A stretch of DNA of 61,405 nucleotides, counting the filler, from Choristocarpus tenellus KU-1152 (Eukaryota; Protista; Phaeophyceae): NCBI GenBank assembly GCA_964200185.2. It is 9 parts of 9 records of this genome, joined end to end, with 100 filler letters (N's around TTAATTAATTAA, not from the genome) between each part and the next. Parts side by side here need not be neighbours in the genome. Positions count along the whole stretch, not along the records: positions 21,612 to 27,388 come from CAXNAD020009779.1; positions 27,489 to 32,224 come from CAXNAD020013276.1; positions 32,325 to 46,338 come from CAXNAD020001300.1; 6 more parts are not named here. One strand, written 5' to 3'. Below the pieces are notes generated by a model. That model saw only the letters and a list, made by a program, of their open reading frames with translations, did no database searches and was not told the origin of the DNA. Position numbers and translations under genes: made by a program. Positions 23,316-37,688 of this stretch are shown here, piece after piece (the first letter of the stretch is position 1; every line of letters starts with the position of its first letter).

Positions 23316-25610
23316 TTAAAATGTAAGAAAAATCCCTAAAGAAGTAACAGGTGACATAAATGTGAGGTGTGAGCTAGGGAACCATCCCAAAATTATATTA
23401 TTGTTACTGCTATTTTAATATTAATATGACTGTGGATTATTATTGTTTATATATTTGAATTAATTTTATTATCACCTCGATTGTTGGGTAGTGTACACGA
23501 GTCAGAGTATTTATTTTAGATAGGCTAAACGTTTGAGGAGTCATGTAGTACGTGTAACAAGATAGTTCAAGTATGACAAAATGTTGCTATTCGTACTTCC
23601 TACTGTCCCCTCTTAGCAGCAGCAGTAGGGTGTAAGCAATATCATCACACACAGCCAGCCTACGGTCTGTGAATAAATGAATACAGCAAAGTCTTCACCT
23701 CCTTCTCCAACAAAAGTACAAAAATCCACCATGCAGGTGGATGTAGCTGAGCATATGGATGGCGATTTGGTCCACCCTGACTAGTCAGCAAGTGGCACAG
23801 GTGATGGTTTGTATCAGCCGAAAAAGTCCCTCAAAGGTGTTGTTCCTTGATTTGGGTGGACAATATAATATATCGTACTTTATACTAAGTAGTCCGGAGT
23901 ATGTACTAGTTATTCTAAATAGTGTGTGCCATTTTTTACAGGAAATAATAAGAATAATATGAAGTTCATGTTGTGAGGTGTGCCAAGATCAGATCAGTAG
24001 GTAGGGGCTGTTCTTACTGTGCTGTTTCTCCAGTGCGTATGCCTCCAGCGGGTTCGAAAATCGTCTCAACAAAATATAGTAGCTTGGCAGGTGGTGTGTA
24101 CACATATTCTACACGAGAATCCTATCCTACACTACATAAACATCCTTATCTTTAATTTCGCGTCCCACAGGACGTATTTCACATCCAAGATTAATCCTGT
24201 GAATTCTTGAATGGTGAATTCCCATTCCCAACACCTTTCCTGCACTTTCTATATTGTTGCAATTATGCCAGTGAGCTCTCTCTATGGGTAAAAATCTTTC
24301 CTTTGCTACAATGTAACAGTACCCTTGTGCCACATCAGTCACCCGATGAGTTGAGATGAGTTACACATGAAAGACATCTTTACACCGGAGGCAAAAATTG
24401 CTCGAAGAACCATCTATACAGTCTATCATTTTCATTTTCATAGCAAAGAGGCAAGGCATGACTTCAACGAGGCTGGATGGAAAGACACTCAGGGAAAGAT
24501 ATTAGTGATTTTGAGAGGAAATCGACGAAATGACCCCGAAAGCAGTCAGTAAGATGTGCCTTGCCAAGACCGAATACTGGTAAGTGAAGTATAATAGGAT
24601 GGCACAGCAAATTCATACACGCTTTTTCGACTGTGTGTATCGTTTCTTCTCCCTCTAATGCGCCACCACATGATGAGAGGGTTGAACACAGTATCTGAGA
24701 GCAAGACAAAAAAATAGCAAGGCGGATCACACTCTGCCGGAGTAAAGTGAGTCGCCTCAAATCATATAGAGAGAGCATTTGTGGACAACCACTGTAGTTG
24801 TAGTTGTACTTAAGGGACCTGTGCTAAATGTCAAGATGTAAGATGAGCGACATAGTGATTCACATTACACAGTCTAGGAGTGGTGAAGATTCAACAACAT
24901 GATGTTAAGAAAAAAAAATGAGGTAGAATAATGAAGGTAGTCAAGAACCAGGACAAGGTATATAGACAACAAGGAGACATGCATCGTAATCTTAAGAAAA
25001 ATAGAAGGAATATATCATTGGTTAACTGTGACAGATGAGAGATCACAGAGTGAAGGTCAGCCCTTAAAGCAAATGCCACGGTGGCCATTTTTACTACCTC
25101 AAGCATCGAGTGCCTTTCAAAACGTCTATTGCGTCTATTACACCTTCAAATCATGGCACAGGGGTATCTGTTTACAACAACAAATGATCCACCAAACTTC
25201 AAGATCTACCAAGCAAAGAGGCTCCAGGCCTTCCCTCACAGTTGATCGCACAATTTAAATTCAAAAGGGATTATAAACACGATCCTAGTCCCAGAAGTCA
25301 ACTGAGAGGATAGAACCTTTGCAGCAGAAACTCTCCACCAATGTGTGAATCCTAAAGCGAGGATTTGCAATTTTTGGGTACTGGTTGCACAGCCTCATTT
25401 CATCATCCACTCTTCCGCTGAAGCAAGCTTAGTCCAGGAAAATACAACCACGTTACAACAGTCTTCAATACTCACATTAATACATTAATACATGGCACGA
25501 AGAAATAAAAAGTGGGACCAAGGGCATGACATTTCAAAGCTTAGCTTAGGTCAACCAACGAGCATCACTCGATACCCTTCCTACTCAACCCAAAACAACC
25601 ACCGACCCCC

Positions 25611-27299
25611 CTAGAGCACTTGCGCAGCTGCCTTTACTTCTGGCGGGCACTCTGCTGCTGCAGCTGCATCCACATAGTATGTCAATGTTCCACTCAAAGG
25701 TTCAACTCGTGCAGCTGGATAGGGCGATGCAGCTCCAGCTGCGTGCAGCCCAGAAGGATCTGAGAACTTGATCAGCTGCGGAAGGAGAGCTGCTTTACTC
25801 TCCCCAGTTCCAACAAACATCACCTGGCAGGGTAAAAAAAAAAGAAACGTCAAGACATCAAACGCTCTACTTCAAAGAGGAAAGGGAGGTCAACTTTGCT
25901 TGGGACATTTGTAGTCTAGCGAACAGGATGGTCGCTAAAAGCACAAATCTGATAATGAGAGTGAGAGGGGGGACCAGAAAAAGACAAGGCAAACATTGAA
26001 ACTGTCAGTGCGGGTGGGCACTTCTACGAGGGTACGTCTGAAAAAGTATACTAACCTAACAAAAATATAGCTTTATTGCATCCTTGCTTTCTGATTCACA
26101 CAAATCTCGAGGTCACCATGACAAAACTTCAGTGGAACATTCTAATTTAAAGTATAGGGGGGTTGCCTGATTGCTGCTTCATTGCTGGTATGTTATATCA
26201 ACTCCCCAAGGCAATTTGGCCTTCAAAATTAGGTCTCTGAGGTGGCACGACAAAGGGAGGTATTCTATCACTTCAGTCTGGCAAAAATCAAGTTTTGCTT
26301 TAAGTATTGTTGCGAGTAATGGAGTATAATGTTGAATATCAACCCAGTAGTTTGCACTGCGCTTCCCTTTAACCTAAAGTAGGTATGCTTCTTTGCTCTC
26401 CCAATTCCTCTCAGTTGTGCATGCTCTAGAGTTGTGGGGAGCACAAGCACACATAGTACCACTCAAGCACAGACAAAATATGGAAACCAACACCACATAC
26501 ATTTTGGGCACAGTTGAGCACAGGGTATGTTAATGTGATGCGTGCAGGGGGTGGCTTTGGCGAGTCTTCAATGTGGGCAACCCATTTCTGCTGCTCCTCC
26601 AGCAACGGATGCCCAGGGAAGAGTGAGCATGTATGTCCGTCAGGCCCCATTCCAAGCAAGGCTGCATCAAAGGCTGGGAAACAATTGTCACCTCCTTCCT
26701 CTCCAAAAGTGTCCTTCAGTCGAGCCGAGTAGTCAGTTGCAGCTATCAGAAGAGCATAGTATATGAGAGTAAGGAGGAATGGGAGGGGAAATGAGGATTT
26801 GCAATCAGGTAAGGTACAAGGGCAGGACCAATTGGAGACCATGGGAGAGGAGCGAAAAGCAATGCTCTGCATTAAATTATGCCCTGGTGGGAAATGGCAG
26901 TGAAACTCTGCAAGGGTGCGAAACAGATGGTTTGGGGAATAACAGATGCGTTGGGGGAGCAGTCGAAAACGGTGGTGACAAAGTGCTTCATGCAGGCAGC
27001 AAAAATGATCCTGGTTGTCTTGTATTTTCTCTCTAGGGTAATGCCTTCACATTGAGCTCTGTTTAGTGTTCTGAGAAATTACGTAGCTTATGCCATATGA
27101 TACAGAGGGTTGTTGGGTTAATGGGCCAAGAGTCTATAACTGTTAAATACAGTTAGCTGCTAGTGAATAGGCTATGGAGGGAACGTGTGCGCACAACCTC
27201 AGGGGCATACCATCTTCAGGAGAGAGTGCTGTGTCCACTGCAATGATGTTCTCTGGCGGGATTCCAGTAGAGGAAAGGAATCCCCAGGCATTATAGTTA
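25611..27299 (-). CDS. PGLS: 6-phosphogluconolactonase, 3' part (exons 27299-27211, 26742-26501, 25823-25611)
   Basis: [76 protein letters not shown]; phases consistent; TAG stop. Confidence 0.95.
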
Positions 27300-27488
27300 C
27301 TGTAGTTCGTACGGAGAGGGGGCAGGGTTGGGAGATGCAATCGGGAGTTGGGATTTACGTATTGTGGAGAGGAGTCATTAGCACGAACNNNNNNNNNNNN
27401 NNNNNNNNNNNNNNNNNNNNNNNNNNNNNNNNTTAATTAATTAANNNNNNNNNNNNNNNNNNNNNNNNNNNNNNNNNNNNNNNNNNNN

Positions 27489-27661
27489 TTTTGATAGGGA
27501 GTGTTAGTATCCTTGTTCCGGACACCCCTTTTCATAACGTACACATTTTACCTACTCCTATACATTTTGGAGTGGGAAAATATCATAAAAATGAACACAG
27601 GAAGCCCACCCCCAAATGGACAAACAGGGCAAAACTCGTACCCCCTAAGATACTTTCAGTC
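27489..27661 (-). mobile_element. MITE family B, truncated by contig start
   Basis: Core palindrome and TIR CCCCTAAGATACTTTCAGTC. Confidence 0.85.
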
Positions 27662-29311
27662 ATAAGTACATGTTTGTAACTGTTTGAGTATATTCTACTT
27701 CTTAATTGACATGTATAAGCTCATTCGATTGAAAGACGTAAAAACATCCCCACATTGATGACAACTATGATGCACTTGATTCACATCGAAGTCCACATCC
27801 CTGAATGCGTAACACTCAACACCACTGCATCTAGTACTTTGACCATGTTTGGCGCGGAATATCTATTATCCCAATGTTAAGAGTCAACATGCCGCAACGT
27901 CTGTTACCAGGAAAGTGTTTGGTGTCCAGTTTCTCTATACCTTATTTTATCAATATATACTTACAACGGTCGAGCCCATTTCTCTCCAATTTCTGTCTAA
28001 CAATAGGCTTGCTCGGAAAATCAGCTGTGAGGGTACCCATTTCCTCTACAACAAGTATTTAACAGCAAACAATTGAGTACATTTCCCTTCTATCTTTCAG
28101 TGCCCAATTAATGCCCATGCCCCCCCTTTCCTCAACCATTTTTTCTACCATTTGTTTGACAGTTTGTTACAGAGGAAGGAAAAATATCACAAATGTGACA
28201 ATGAAAGAAAAATAATGTGTAAAAAAATGAGACTGCATGCTGATTGTGGTTGTTCAAGACACACTCGTTGAACATTATGTCTGTGGAACAGCAAACGCTT
28301 CAGCACTATTTACTCTGTAACGTCTCTGATGTCTTAGATGGTGCTTGGGGGCTATATACTCCGTGATTTTTGTTGTCCAGAACAATGCTTGGGACCGTTT
28401 GGTGTGTAACCTCTATTCTTTGCCCAACAATCGAGTCACTCTTAGTCTGTAAGGTTCGCTTGTTTGAGTAGTGATGAGGACCCCCAGGACTCTTCAGAAC
28501 GTTATTTGTGTGTATCTATTATTTATGAATCGGAATGAAGTGAGCTAGCGGCCCATAAGCTTAGCTACACTTGTCATCAAATTGAGCATCATCATATCCT
28601 AGAAGAAATATCCTGTCTAATCTGTCTACTAATGCCATAGCACAATGTTGTATTGGCAACTGACTCCTTGTCCTCTGCATCTTCTTCTACATCTCAATAA
28701 ACTATCTGTACGCAATGGACCAGAAGCAAAATACGAATTGCATCACTCACCATTTCACACAGAGTCAGTAACCCAATTTATTGATCACTGATTGACACAC
28801 TCCCCATCACTTGATACACAGCACTACAACTAACTCATCACCAGCACACTCTCTTGCTCTTGTATGTATCACTCTCCTGTCTACGAAAGATGTGTATACC
28901 AATCAGTTCCCTCATACATATATATTTATTTGAATCCCTCCACAATGATTTGCCCTTGTGAGCACAAGTTGTGCGAAATCGCTGTGTGCTAATCTGTACG
29001 ACAATTTCATATTTTGCTGGAAGTTTTGTTCCACACCACTCTCAGAAATGGGAACAGGATACATGATTCGGATCCATTAAGGAAAGAGTTAAACCCTCAA
29101 TCTTTGGTTTGTGAGTACGTATGAACCCCAACATGCATAACTCAGATTCATACATCAAAGGAAACGGCCCTTGATTTGTCGGAAATTGATTTCTCTGCTA
29201 CAAATCAGATTTTTTTACGATTCATCCGGCGTGTGCATTTTACTAGCGCCATGATATTTCTGTTCTGAGCTGTACATTCTCACACTCAGTGAGCAGCTAT
29301 AGTTGTTTTCA

Positions 29312-29570
29312 GAGTGAAAGTATCTTAGAGGGCACGAGTTTTTCCCTGTTTGTCCATTTGGGGCTTGGCTTCCCATGGGGTTTTTTATGACATTTTCCTA
29401 CCCCAAAATGTTTTGAAGTAGGTAAAGTGTAGAAGTTGCGAAAAGGTGTGTCCGGAACATGAGTGTTGGCACTTCCTAGCAAATACGATAGCCAAAATTA
29501 TATCAAAATCGCAACATTGGATTTAGACCCCCAAATGGACGCGGCTCTACCCTCAAAGATACTTTGGCTC
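29312..29570 (+). mobile_element. MITE family B, full copy
   Basis: Consensus-like TIRs; 4-bp TSD TTCA. Confidence 0.92.
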
Positions 29571-29611
29571 TTCAGCTAAGTGAGATGTGCACGCACTGAG
29601 TATGATTTCTA

Positions 29612-29614
<3 letters not shown>

Positions 29615-29660
<46 letters not shown>
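29615..29660. repeat. (TC)n microsatellite
   Basis: Perfect TC run. Confidence 0.95.
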
Positions 29661-29664
<4 letters not shown>

Positions 29665-30129
29665 TCTGAAGAGAGTACCGTTTGCTGCGAAATCTGTGAG
29701 AGTACCACTTGTGGTCATTACTTGTCTCTCGATCTACAGGAGGCAAGTAAAAATGCACAAACCCCCACCACTACTGCATTAAAAGAATCTTTGAAAGTAT
29801 TTCTGGTTTCTTCCTTCCTCTTGTACGCCTCTTTTAGAAATCCCTTTGTGGGCACAGGTCCATTTCGATCGGACTACCATGTAAAAGTGTTGTCAGTAAT
29901 AGAAACAGTAATAATAGCACTAGCTGCAAATTGACAGCATTGTACTCCTTGCACTAATTTGGTATACGTTTGTTTCATTCAAATATATCATAGGAGTGGC
30001 GTGTGATAATATTACTCTTCCGAAACATATGTAGACAGATGATGAGATTTTGTCATGCAAAAAAGATCATTGGTGATACTTGACAGTTACAGCGCAACTC
30101 TTTTTAGGAATAGGCACACGTAAATATTC

Positions 30130-30130
<1 letters not shown>

Positions 30131-30197
<67 letters not shown>
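30131..30197. repeat. (AC)n microsatellite
   Basis: Perfect AC run. Confidence 0.95.
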
Positions 30198-30201
<4 letters not shown>

Positions 30202-30271
30202 AGCAATTTCCCTTGTAACCTGCCCAAACCAACCCTCAAACGAAAGAATAAAAAAGAAAAAAAGAACTCAC

Positions 30272-30415
30272 TGCATCAGCTCCGTAATATCCACCGGACG
30301 CATGGAGCTGCTCCACTCAGCGAAGCTGGCGCTGTTGATGCCTTTGAGATAGAGCTTTAGCATCGCCAACTCAAGGGAATCCAAATCCTCTGCAGTTTCT
30401 GCTTGGAACAAGCGC
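30272..30415 (-). CDS. Probable internal exon of an unidentified gene (possible partner exons near 31556-31484 and 29873-29834)
   Basis: 144-bp GC-richer open block RLFQAETAEDLDSLELAMLKLYLKGINSASFAEWSSSMRPVDITELM between AG and a GTGAGT donor. Confidence 0.45.
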
Positions 30416-32324
30416 CTTTTTCCAAGATAAAAGAGTATATACATAATTCACAATAATAATGAGAAGGGACCAGGAGGGGCAGGGAAGACGTGTATGTGTG
30501 GGGGGGTTAATGGCTTGACCAGGCGAGATGACCAAATCAATGTGGGAAGGGAAAATGACTGGGAGGTAGCGTTAAAGATAGGAGAAGGGAGGGGGTGAAG
30601 ATGCCTGGGGGTGGGGATTAGGGGGTGGGGGATTAGGGGTGGGGGGAGGAGAGGGAGAGCCCAAAGTGGAATTTTAACCCTGACCCTAACTAAGATAAGG
30701 AAAGGAAGTTGTGTGGAAGAGGGCAGTTGAGGGGGGAGGGAGAGAAAACTGTGAAGGGGGTAAGAAGGGGTGTAACAGAGGTATTGTAGTTGCATGATTG
30801 GACAAGAGAGAGGGTGAGAGATATAATGTGTGTGTTTGTGTGTGTTTGTGTGTGTGTGTGGTGTGTGAATTTATTGATGTTACCGAAAAAAATATATGAT
30901 TTTTGTTTCAAAGCTGAAGACTCCTCTGAATGTGCATGAGGTCAGTCAGAGCAAGTCGTTGATTAAAAAATCATCTAAAGAAGCAGTATTGAATGGAGAG
31001 CTCATATACTTCAATAAAAAATAAAATAACACTAATAAAAAGAAGTATCTAATTAAGTTTTCAAAATGCAAACAAGTGATACTAAGATAGGAAAATCTTT
31101 CTTCCTTTTTCTAATCCAAGTTTTGCGCAACATGACTGTATGGAGAGTCGTCAACATTATCCTTTAGGGGAGTTCCATACAGTATGGAATAAATATTTTC
31201 CCATATATATATATATATATTACGAATCTGACAGACTAGGGAGGTGCTTTTTCTTACCGTGTTCTGCAGAATGAATTTCGTTAAATACTTCTCAAGATCC
31301 AAATCTTTTCACAAATAAACAAACTAAATAATTTCAACATATATATATACATTGAGATGAAGATATAAGGAAAAAACACCACTGTGAAAGAAACCGATAA
31401 TGGTGAGGTGAAAAAAAAGAGGATGATACAGTCAGCTGAACATTCTATACATCAGCGATATGACCTATTTACCATCATACCAACCATCTGACCCTCCAAT
31501 TTGAAGTCAACCGCAAATTCCAATTTTCAATCCTTATCGGTGGGCCATCATCAAACCTATTTTTTTTTTCCCCCGTGGATGATGTATGACACAATAATAT
31601 AGCATGACACAAGGCAACTTTGAAAAAAAAAGTTGAGGCAATTTTAACTATTTTCCATCAAGAGCAAAAACGTAGAGAGAGTAAAATAAATGAGTGTTCG
31701 AGGGGGGGAATTCAATTCGTTTGTTGATACGTACTTTCAAATTATACAGTGAGGTATATATATATATATATATATTTATTTATTTTTCACGGCTGTCAAA
31801 TTATAGACTATGAGTTCTCACTGATGCTCGAAAGCGTACTTTTATATTTCTTTTATTTACATTTGGTGTGAAAGAGAGAGAGACTTTTTTTCTAAGTTAG
31901 GAAAGATGCCAAACAGTTAACAGTAACAAATTGGCACGAGCAAGGAACTACTGCCCTTTGAGGAGCGCACACGCTTGAACCACGACTACACTGTGGGCTG
32001 GCATGGCACTCGGTTCACTTACAACAACATTTTATTTTTATTTTTCATACTTCAATATCGCTATTAAAAAAAAATAAAACTACTTCACGTTTTTTTTTCC
32101 CCGACCCCGAATAAGTTGCAGTTAAAAATCGCATCGACTAGTAAGGGCTCGAACAACTCTATTGAAACTATCCGTCAGCGTATGGGTTGAAGGCAGAACA
32201 CTACCCACCTAAAGTATCTGGGGGNNNNNNNNNNNNNNNNNNNNNNNNNNNNNNNNNNNNNNNNNNNNTTAATTAATTAANNNNNNNNNNNNNNNNNNNN
32301 NNNNNNNNNNNNNNNNNNNNNNNN

Positions 32325-32391
32325 ATGGGAAGCCAAGCCCCACAAATGGACAAACATGGAAAAATTCGTACCCTCTAAGATAGTTTCACTC
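32325..32391 (-). mobile_element. MITE family B end, truncated by contig start
   Basis: GTACCCTCTAAGATAGTTTCACTC. Confidence 0.8.
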
Positions 32392-32419
32392 TTCAATCAC
32401 GATCACAATCAACCTACTT

Positions 32420-32822
32420 TCAGACTTTCAATCCACATGTTGACGCACATCAGTGTATTTGGTGCCCCTCGTAGACTTGGTGTCAGGCTTTAGCGTCTGT
32501 GCTTTCTCCATTATGGTTCTTGCCTCCTTCTTCAACTTGTGGAGGGTGCTATGACCGATTCCAAGCTTTGAGCAACCACAGTTCCCGTCATGGTCTTCAG
32601 GAGTTTCAGTGCTTCCACCTTCTCTGCAAAGGTCAAGCGTTTACGACTGTCGGCACCGCGAGGCTTGTAGAGCACGACTTTCTCCGTAGATATATTTGGC
32701 AGCAGCTTCCCCTTACCCTTGTTCTTGTTATTATGGTGCTTCGATGCTGTGTTGTCTCTGGCTGGAGGACTCGAAGCCTTGCGCTTGGTGGGGTTCACGC
32801 ACAACTTGCACATGAGTTTCAT
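32420..32822 (-). pseudogene. pogo/Tigger-like transposase N-terminal HTH relic
   Basis: RKRLTFAEKVEALKLL..VVAQ, then after a frameshift LGIGHSTLHKLKKEARTI..KSTRGTKY; CENP-B-type N-terminal HTH pattern. Confidence 0.6.
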
Positions 32823-33140
32823 TTCGCTGGCACCAAAAGGATCCGCAACGACGCAAATACCATTAAGATAGCTGCTATAATGTGATACTTATGGCATGTA
32901 TAGCGTGGTGGGCCAGGAGTATTACCCTCCATGTTGCACCTGGATCCCGCTGCGCAGCGAATCGTTGTATCTGTAGAATGCAGTGGTCTAAACCTTGATG
33001 TGATATACTGTATACACTATACTGGGCAGTACTGAGAGACTAAAGACTGCTATGTTGTGTCCGGCTGGTGTCGAGCACCTTTGTGCCTTTGTTATATTTT
33101 GCTTGACTTTAGACATGGGTATTTGGGAAACCCCCGGTCA

Positions 33141-33397
33141 GAGTCAAATTATCTTAGAGGGTAGAGCCGCGTCCATTTGGGACCAAAACCCAATGTTCTG
33201 ATTTTGATATAATTTTGGCTATCGTGTTTGTTAGGAAGTGTCAATATCCTTGTTCTGGACACACCTTTTCATAACATATACCCTTTACCTACTCCAAAAC
33301 ATTTTGGAGTAGGAAAATGTCAGGAGAAACCTGTGGGAAGCCAAGCCTCAAAAAGATAAACAGGGCAAAACCCATACCCTCTAAGATACTTTCACTC
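33141..33397 (-). mobile_element. MITE family B, full copy
   Basis: GAGTCAAATTATCTTAGAGGGTA / TACCCTCTAAGATACTTTCACTC; 3-bp TSD TCA. Confidence 0.92.
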
Positions 33398-35239
33398 TCA
33401 AGTAGTGAAAAGAAATGCAAGTTTGCTCGATGTAAGAGAGAATTGGGAGGAAATAGCCAAAAACTCTCATGTAGCCTGAAAAGTCGTGACAAGGCAATTA
33501 ATCCTCTCGTGTATTCCGTTTTCTCTAATATCTACCTCCCTTATATAGGTACACCCACTGTAGTGATTTCCGATACAGTTGGAGGAGTCCATTTGAACAG
33601 AATGCTCAATACAGTTAATTCTAATAACATGCTCCATGAGGTGTACGTCTCATCGCTGTTTCGGGAGAAAAATACTATATTAATTCATGCTCCTGGAAGT
33701 AAACCGACACACTCTCATTAACGCACAAAAAAAGTTCAAGTAAAATAAGCTCTATTTATAGTCATTTCTTTGCAACAAAATTACACCTTCATACAATTCT
33801 GTCCCTCTATTCCAAATGATTACCCCCCATACACCACAGCGTGCAATTCACACATGCATTAGGCAACAAATGATGGTAGCATTTTTCAGTTTCGTCAATA
33901 TGTCTACCCGTGTGATTGCCACCAGAGCTTACTCGGTGCCTAGCCATGTGCACACACGGCTATGGAGGATCAAGCCCGTAAACTAGAACACAGAGGAGGA
34001 CTTCAACCTCAATATCACTTTGCCCAAGAAACACATTTCTCCTGGAAAGATGAGGAGGACATGACCTAGAGGACAGAGGGATGCTAACCATGGGGTGTAC
34101 AGGGACAACAGCAATGATGACGATGATTACAGTCATGATGGTGGGGATGGTGGGAATGGCAGAGGTGCTAGGGGTGATGTCATACATGGTCATGTGAAGA
34201 GAGAGGAAGAGGCAGAAACGGGCTGTGATGGAGTGCAGGTGTATTGCCCATGTATTCCTCCTTGTGGATGGTTGCCACATACTATATAAAGGTTGTTCAG
34301 ATCATTAACATTACGCTACCAACAGCCACTTTTGATGAACAAGGACAGAAGTTGGAGATCGCTCGACTATGCCCTAAAGACTTAGATGTTCTTGCAAACC
34401 CTAAGTAGCCACAAAATAGTGAAAGACCTGACCGTACGTTCTTTCCCTTGTGGTGGTCTGTCATTGCCCACCTCTTGTACTCCCAACCCATTCATCGTAT
34501 ACACACAAATCACATAGCACACACCACCTATATATGTATATAGAGAGAGAACACTGTTGCCATGAGTGCAACGCTGAGGTGTGCGAGGACCACATAGATA
34601 CAAAACTCCATCACAAGGAGGAAAGGAATGAGGGGTTAGACATGTCTTCTCATGGACGTTACTCTTGCCAGCTCAAAAGTGAGGAAAGGGAAGGGGCATC
34701 GGTATTGACCAAAATGCTGATATCTGTTGTGTTGGAACGATGCTGACCCAGGATGACCTTATCCAAGGCAAGGACACGTCCCACCAGGTGCATAGTGGAC
34801 CTTTGTACATTAGCATGAAATCGAAGGGACTACATAATTTTTCTCTTCATATTTAGTCTGTGGATTACCCCTACCCGTACATGGCCAGAGAGGCACAACC
34901 ACAACTTAAATTTGTGATACATGCTGAATTACTATTTTCTTATGCAGCAGTACTAGCTACTACTTCGAAGTACAAGCTATTTGCACTGCCTCACTGCCAC
35001 TACTCCCACCGCCTCCGTTCCTGCCTTGCTTCTTGTACATGGGGTTCAGTTTACAGCACTCACACCGCTCGTTGCTTTGTCTCCAACCTATCTAGATTCT
35101 TGTGTTGGACCTACCATGATGTTTCCCTCTTAATCTTGTGGTCTGTCTGACATTTTTGTAGAGGTATAGCCCCAGACATGATACTACAATACTCCAGGTG
35201 CGTACAATCCATTGTGGTTGCTGTGAAAAATTGGACAAT

Positions 35240-35340
35240 CGAAACCAGGCTTTTGTGGAAAGAAGTGTGGAATCAAGGGGTTTGAACCTGCGAAATTCAT
35301 ACAGGGAACGGCCTCCTTAATCGCTTAGGCACGAGGATGC
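35240..35340 (-). mobile_element. tRNA-derived SINE-like head (body probably extends to ~34980)
   Basis: Minus strand has a degenerate A box and B box GGTTCAAACCC; homologous to 42970-43074 (shared ATGAATTTCGCAGG). Confidence 0.55.
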
Positions 35341-35853
35341 CAAGGGATTAACCGTGTGTCTCTAACTTGTTTAACATCTAGTTAGAAGGAGTCATAATTG
35401 GGATACTTATCGAAGAAAAACATAGATTTTGTAACACAGATGATCACGCATTGAACTAACAACATGTGCAAATCAACCCAGTGAAGAACAGGAGCTGTAT
35501 GAAGTTCTATCATTGGGATAATATTCACGGGGTGTACTGAGTCTAAAATGAAAAACAACACGCTAAAGGTGGTTAGCCCACGTGGAATTGGGTTCGTCAT
35601 CTCTAAGGGGTCGCAAAATCAGACACAATACGAAAGAAGTGATTACAGTAGGGTTGAGGGTGAAGACTGAATTTGAAGAATTGGTGCTATGGTTTTGAAT
35701 CAGATAGTGGCACTGAGTCCCACATAGACTAAGGAACATACCTCTATGCAGTACCTGTTGTTGGATTGTCAAGTACATAATTGGGCTTGCATGGTTAAAT
35801 GTTTGGCAAACCAGGTCGAAGTTGTGGTTAGGTGATTTGATCGGGTGAAGGTA

Positions 35854-37688
35854 CTCCCTCTGTCCCATACATCTGGGCCATTAAGTTGTAGCTCTTCGGG
35901 ATGACCTCCGATTACAAGACGGACCTTTGCATTGGATTCCTTCGAATATTTTACATTGAGAAACAATGTCTTGCCTTTATTCGACACTGTCAACCCACCA
36001 ATACAGGGTCGCCGCAGAGGCCACTCGGTCTATTAGTTGAAGAGTATCTGGGGGGGGTGGCAGCTGTCCATTCGGGGCCCGTTTCTCCATGTCGCAATTT
36101 TTGGGTCAATTTGGTTGCATGCATCGGATGGATAATGTAAGTACACTTCTCCTATTCAGGGCCCAAATGGACACCCGTAGTGTAGACCCCCCCCAGATAC
36201 TCTGAGCCTACTTTGACTGGTCTAGCCAACCCACCCTCCCACTGTCTTTTCTTTGTCCCGGTGTGCTCTACCTCGAAATCGTTCCCCCCCAGCATCCTTA
36301 GCACCTGATTGTACTCCTTTAACAGACTCTGCCACACCCTCTCAAGTGTGTCTGCGTCGTACGCGTGGAACATGCTTGAAACCTCCTCTACAACTTCATC
36401 AACGGTACCGTAACATTCCACCCAAACCCTGCTCTTCAGAGATGCAAAAATCCCAAATCATTGGTGTTGAGATCTGCCGAGTGCACTGACTGTATCACGA
36501 GCTTAATGTTCCATGCCTCTTCCATCCCTGCTGCATTCAGCTTCTGCACTGTGCTCTTGCCCATATGCAGGGTCGTGCCATCCTGCTGTATGGAGGTCCC
36601 CCCTGATTCCGGCCACGTTATTTTTTCCTAGATTGCTGGCAACAGCTGCTCCATGTACCATTCCAGGTACCACTCAGTGTCAATGGTAACATCGACCTTG
36701 TACTCCTCGCCCTTTGTGTGCCACACTGTAGTCCATTGGGCCTCCTTCACGACACAAACCTACCAGATCCCGATCTTGCCGTTGAAATCATGGGAAGGAA
36801 CAAGGCACTAAACGGCAGAGATGAACGTCACTTTGGAAATGTGACTCTTGTGCTGCACCTTCGTCGAGCCCACCGTTTCCTCCCCCAGGAACATGCGCAC
36901 CATCTCTTGTTCGTGGATGAGGTAGAACCATGCCTTGTCGATGTGAATGGTGTCGAGGCCAGTACTGTAGGTTATGTGGTTGCGGGAGATCTGGTCGAGG
37001 ATGAAGTCCACCCTGTTCTTCTTGAGAGAAAGCAAAAGGCTACGGGTGACGAGCCACTGAACCCTCGTTAACACCGTGGCTTCGAGCCAGCGATGAAGCT
37101 TTGAGCTGCCGACTGAGAGATCCGCTTTGACGAGCTTGGCGGAAAGCTGGTCGACAGTCAGCAGCGGTTACTGGTGTTGATTTCCTGGATGTTCGTTTGT
37201 TTCGTTGGCATAAAGTCCGACAACCGTCCAGATTGTGGTTGTGATTTGAAGGATATGGTATTCCCCTGTCTACCGGTCTAGGGTATCTCTATCCCGCTCC
37301 AAACTATTTCACCAATTTAGATCCAACACCCGCCAGGAGGCTCTTGTGACCTGTAGGAAGACCCAATGCATAACGTAGAGCAAGTGCGGTCCAACCTTCC
37401 TCGATCAGCTCGCAGCTCTTTCTCCAAGATGGTGGGCTTTGTGCCGAGGATGATGGGCTGTGGCAGCTCGCCATTGGGGTTGTGAGAGTGTTGTGCGGAT
37501 CCACGGTGCAGAAGGAACAAAAACAAATCAGAAGAATATGCCCCATTCTGTGTTTCATTCTTTCAAAACCATTTCAGAACAGAATTCTTTGCAGAATTCT
37601 TTAAAATTTAGTCTTTTACTGTAAAATATTCCAAGGAATCCAACGCAAAAATCCGTTTCGTAATCGGAGGTCATCCCGAAGAGCTACA
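35854..37688 (-). mobile_element. Decayed mariner-like transposon related to plant DD39D elements (DD40D spacing); right terminus lost
   Basis: TA|CTCCCTCTGTCCC terminus; subterminal inverted repeat TGTAGCTCTTCGGGATGACCTCCGATTAC mirrored at ~37620-37688; motifs IHIDKAWFYL, VQHKSHISKVTFISAV, FNGKIGIW, QQDG..SADLNTNDLGF with frameshifts. Confidence 0.9.
36041..36208 (+). mobile_element. MITE family A nested at the 3' end of the mariner ORF
   Basis: GTATCTGGGGGGG..CCCCCAGATACTCTGAGCC. Confidence 0.85.

Noticed and set aside
30470-30790. G-rich tract with G-quadruplex potential and a Pro/Leu-rich ORF
   Set aside because: Low-complexity, probably intronic sequence; the ORF is a compositional artefact.
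32130-32224. Weak tRNA-like boxes here and at 54405-54440; short MITE A stubs at 32207-32224 and 46318-46338
   Set aside because: No foldable cloverleaf. The stubs are too short to annotate and only show that contigs break at G-run MITEs.
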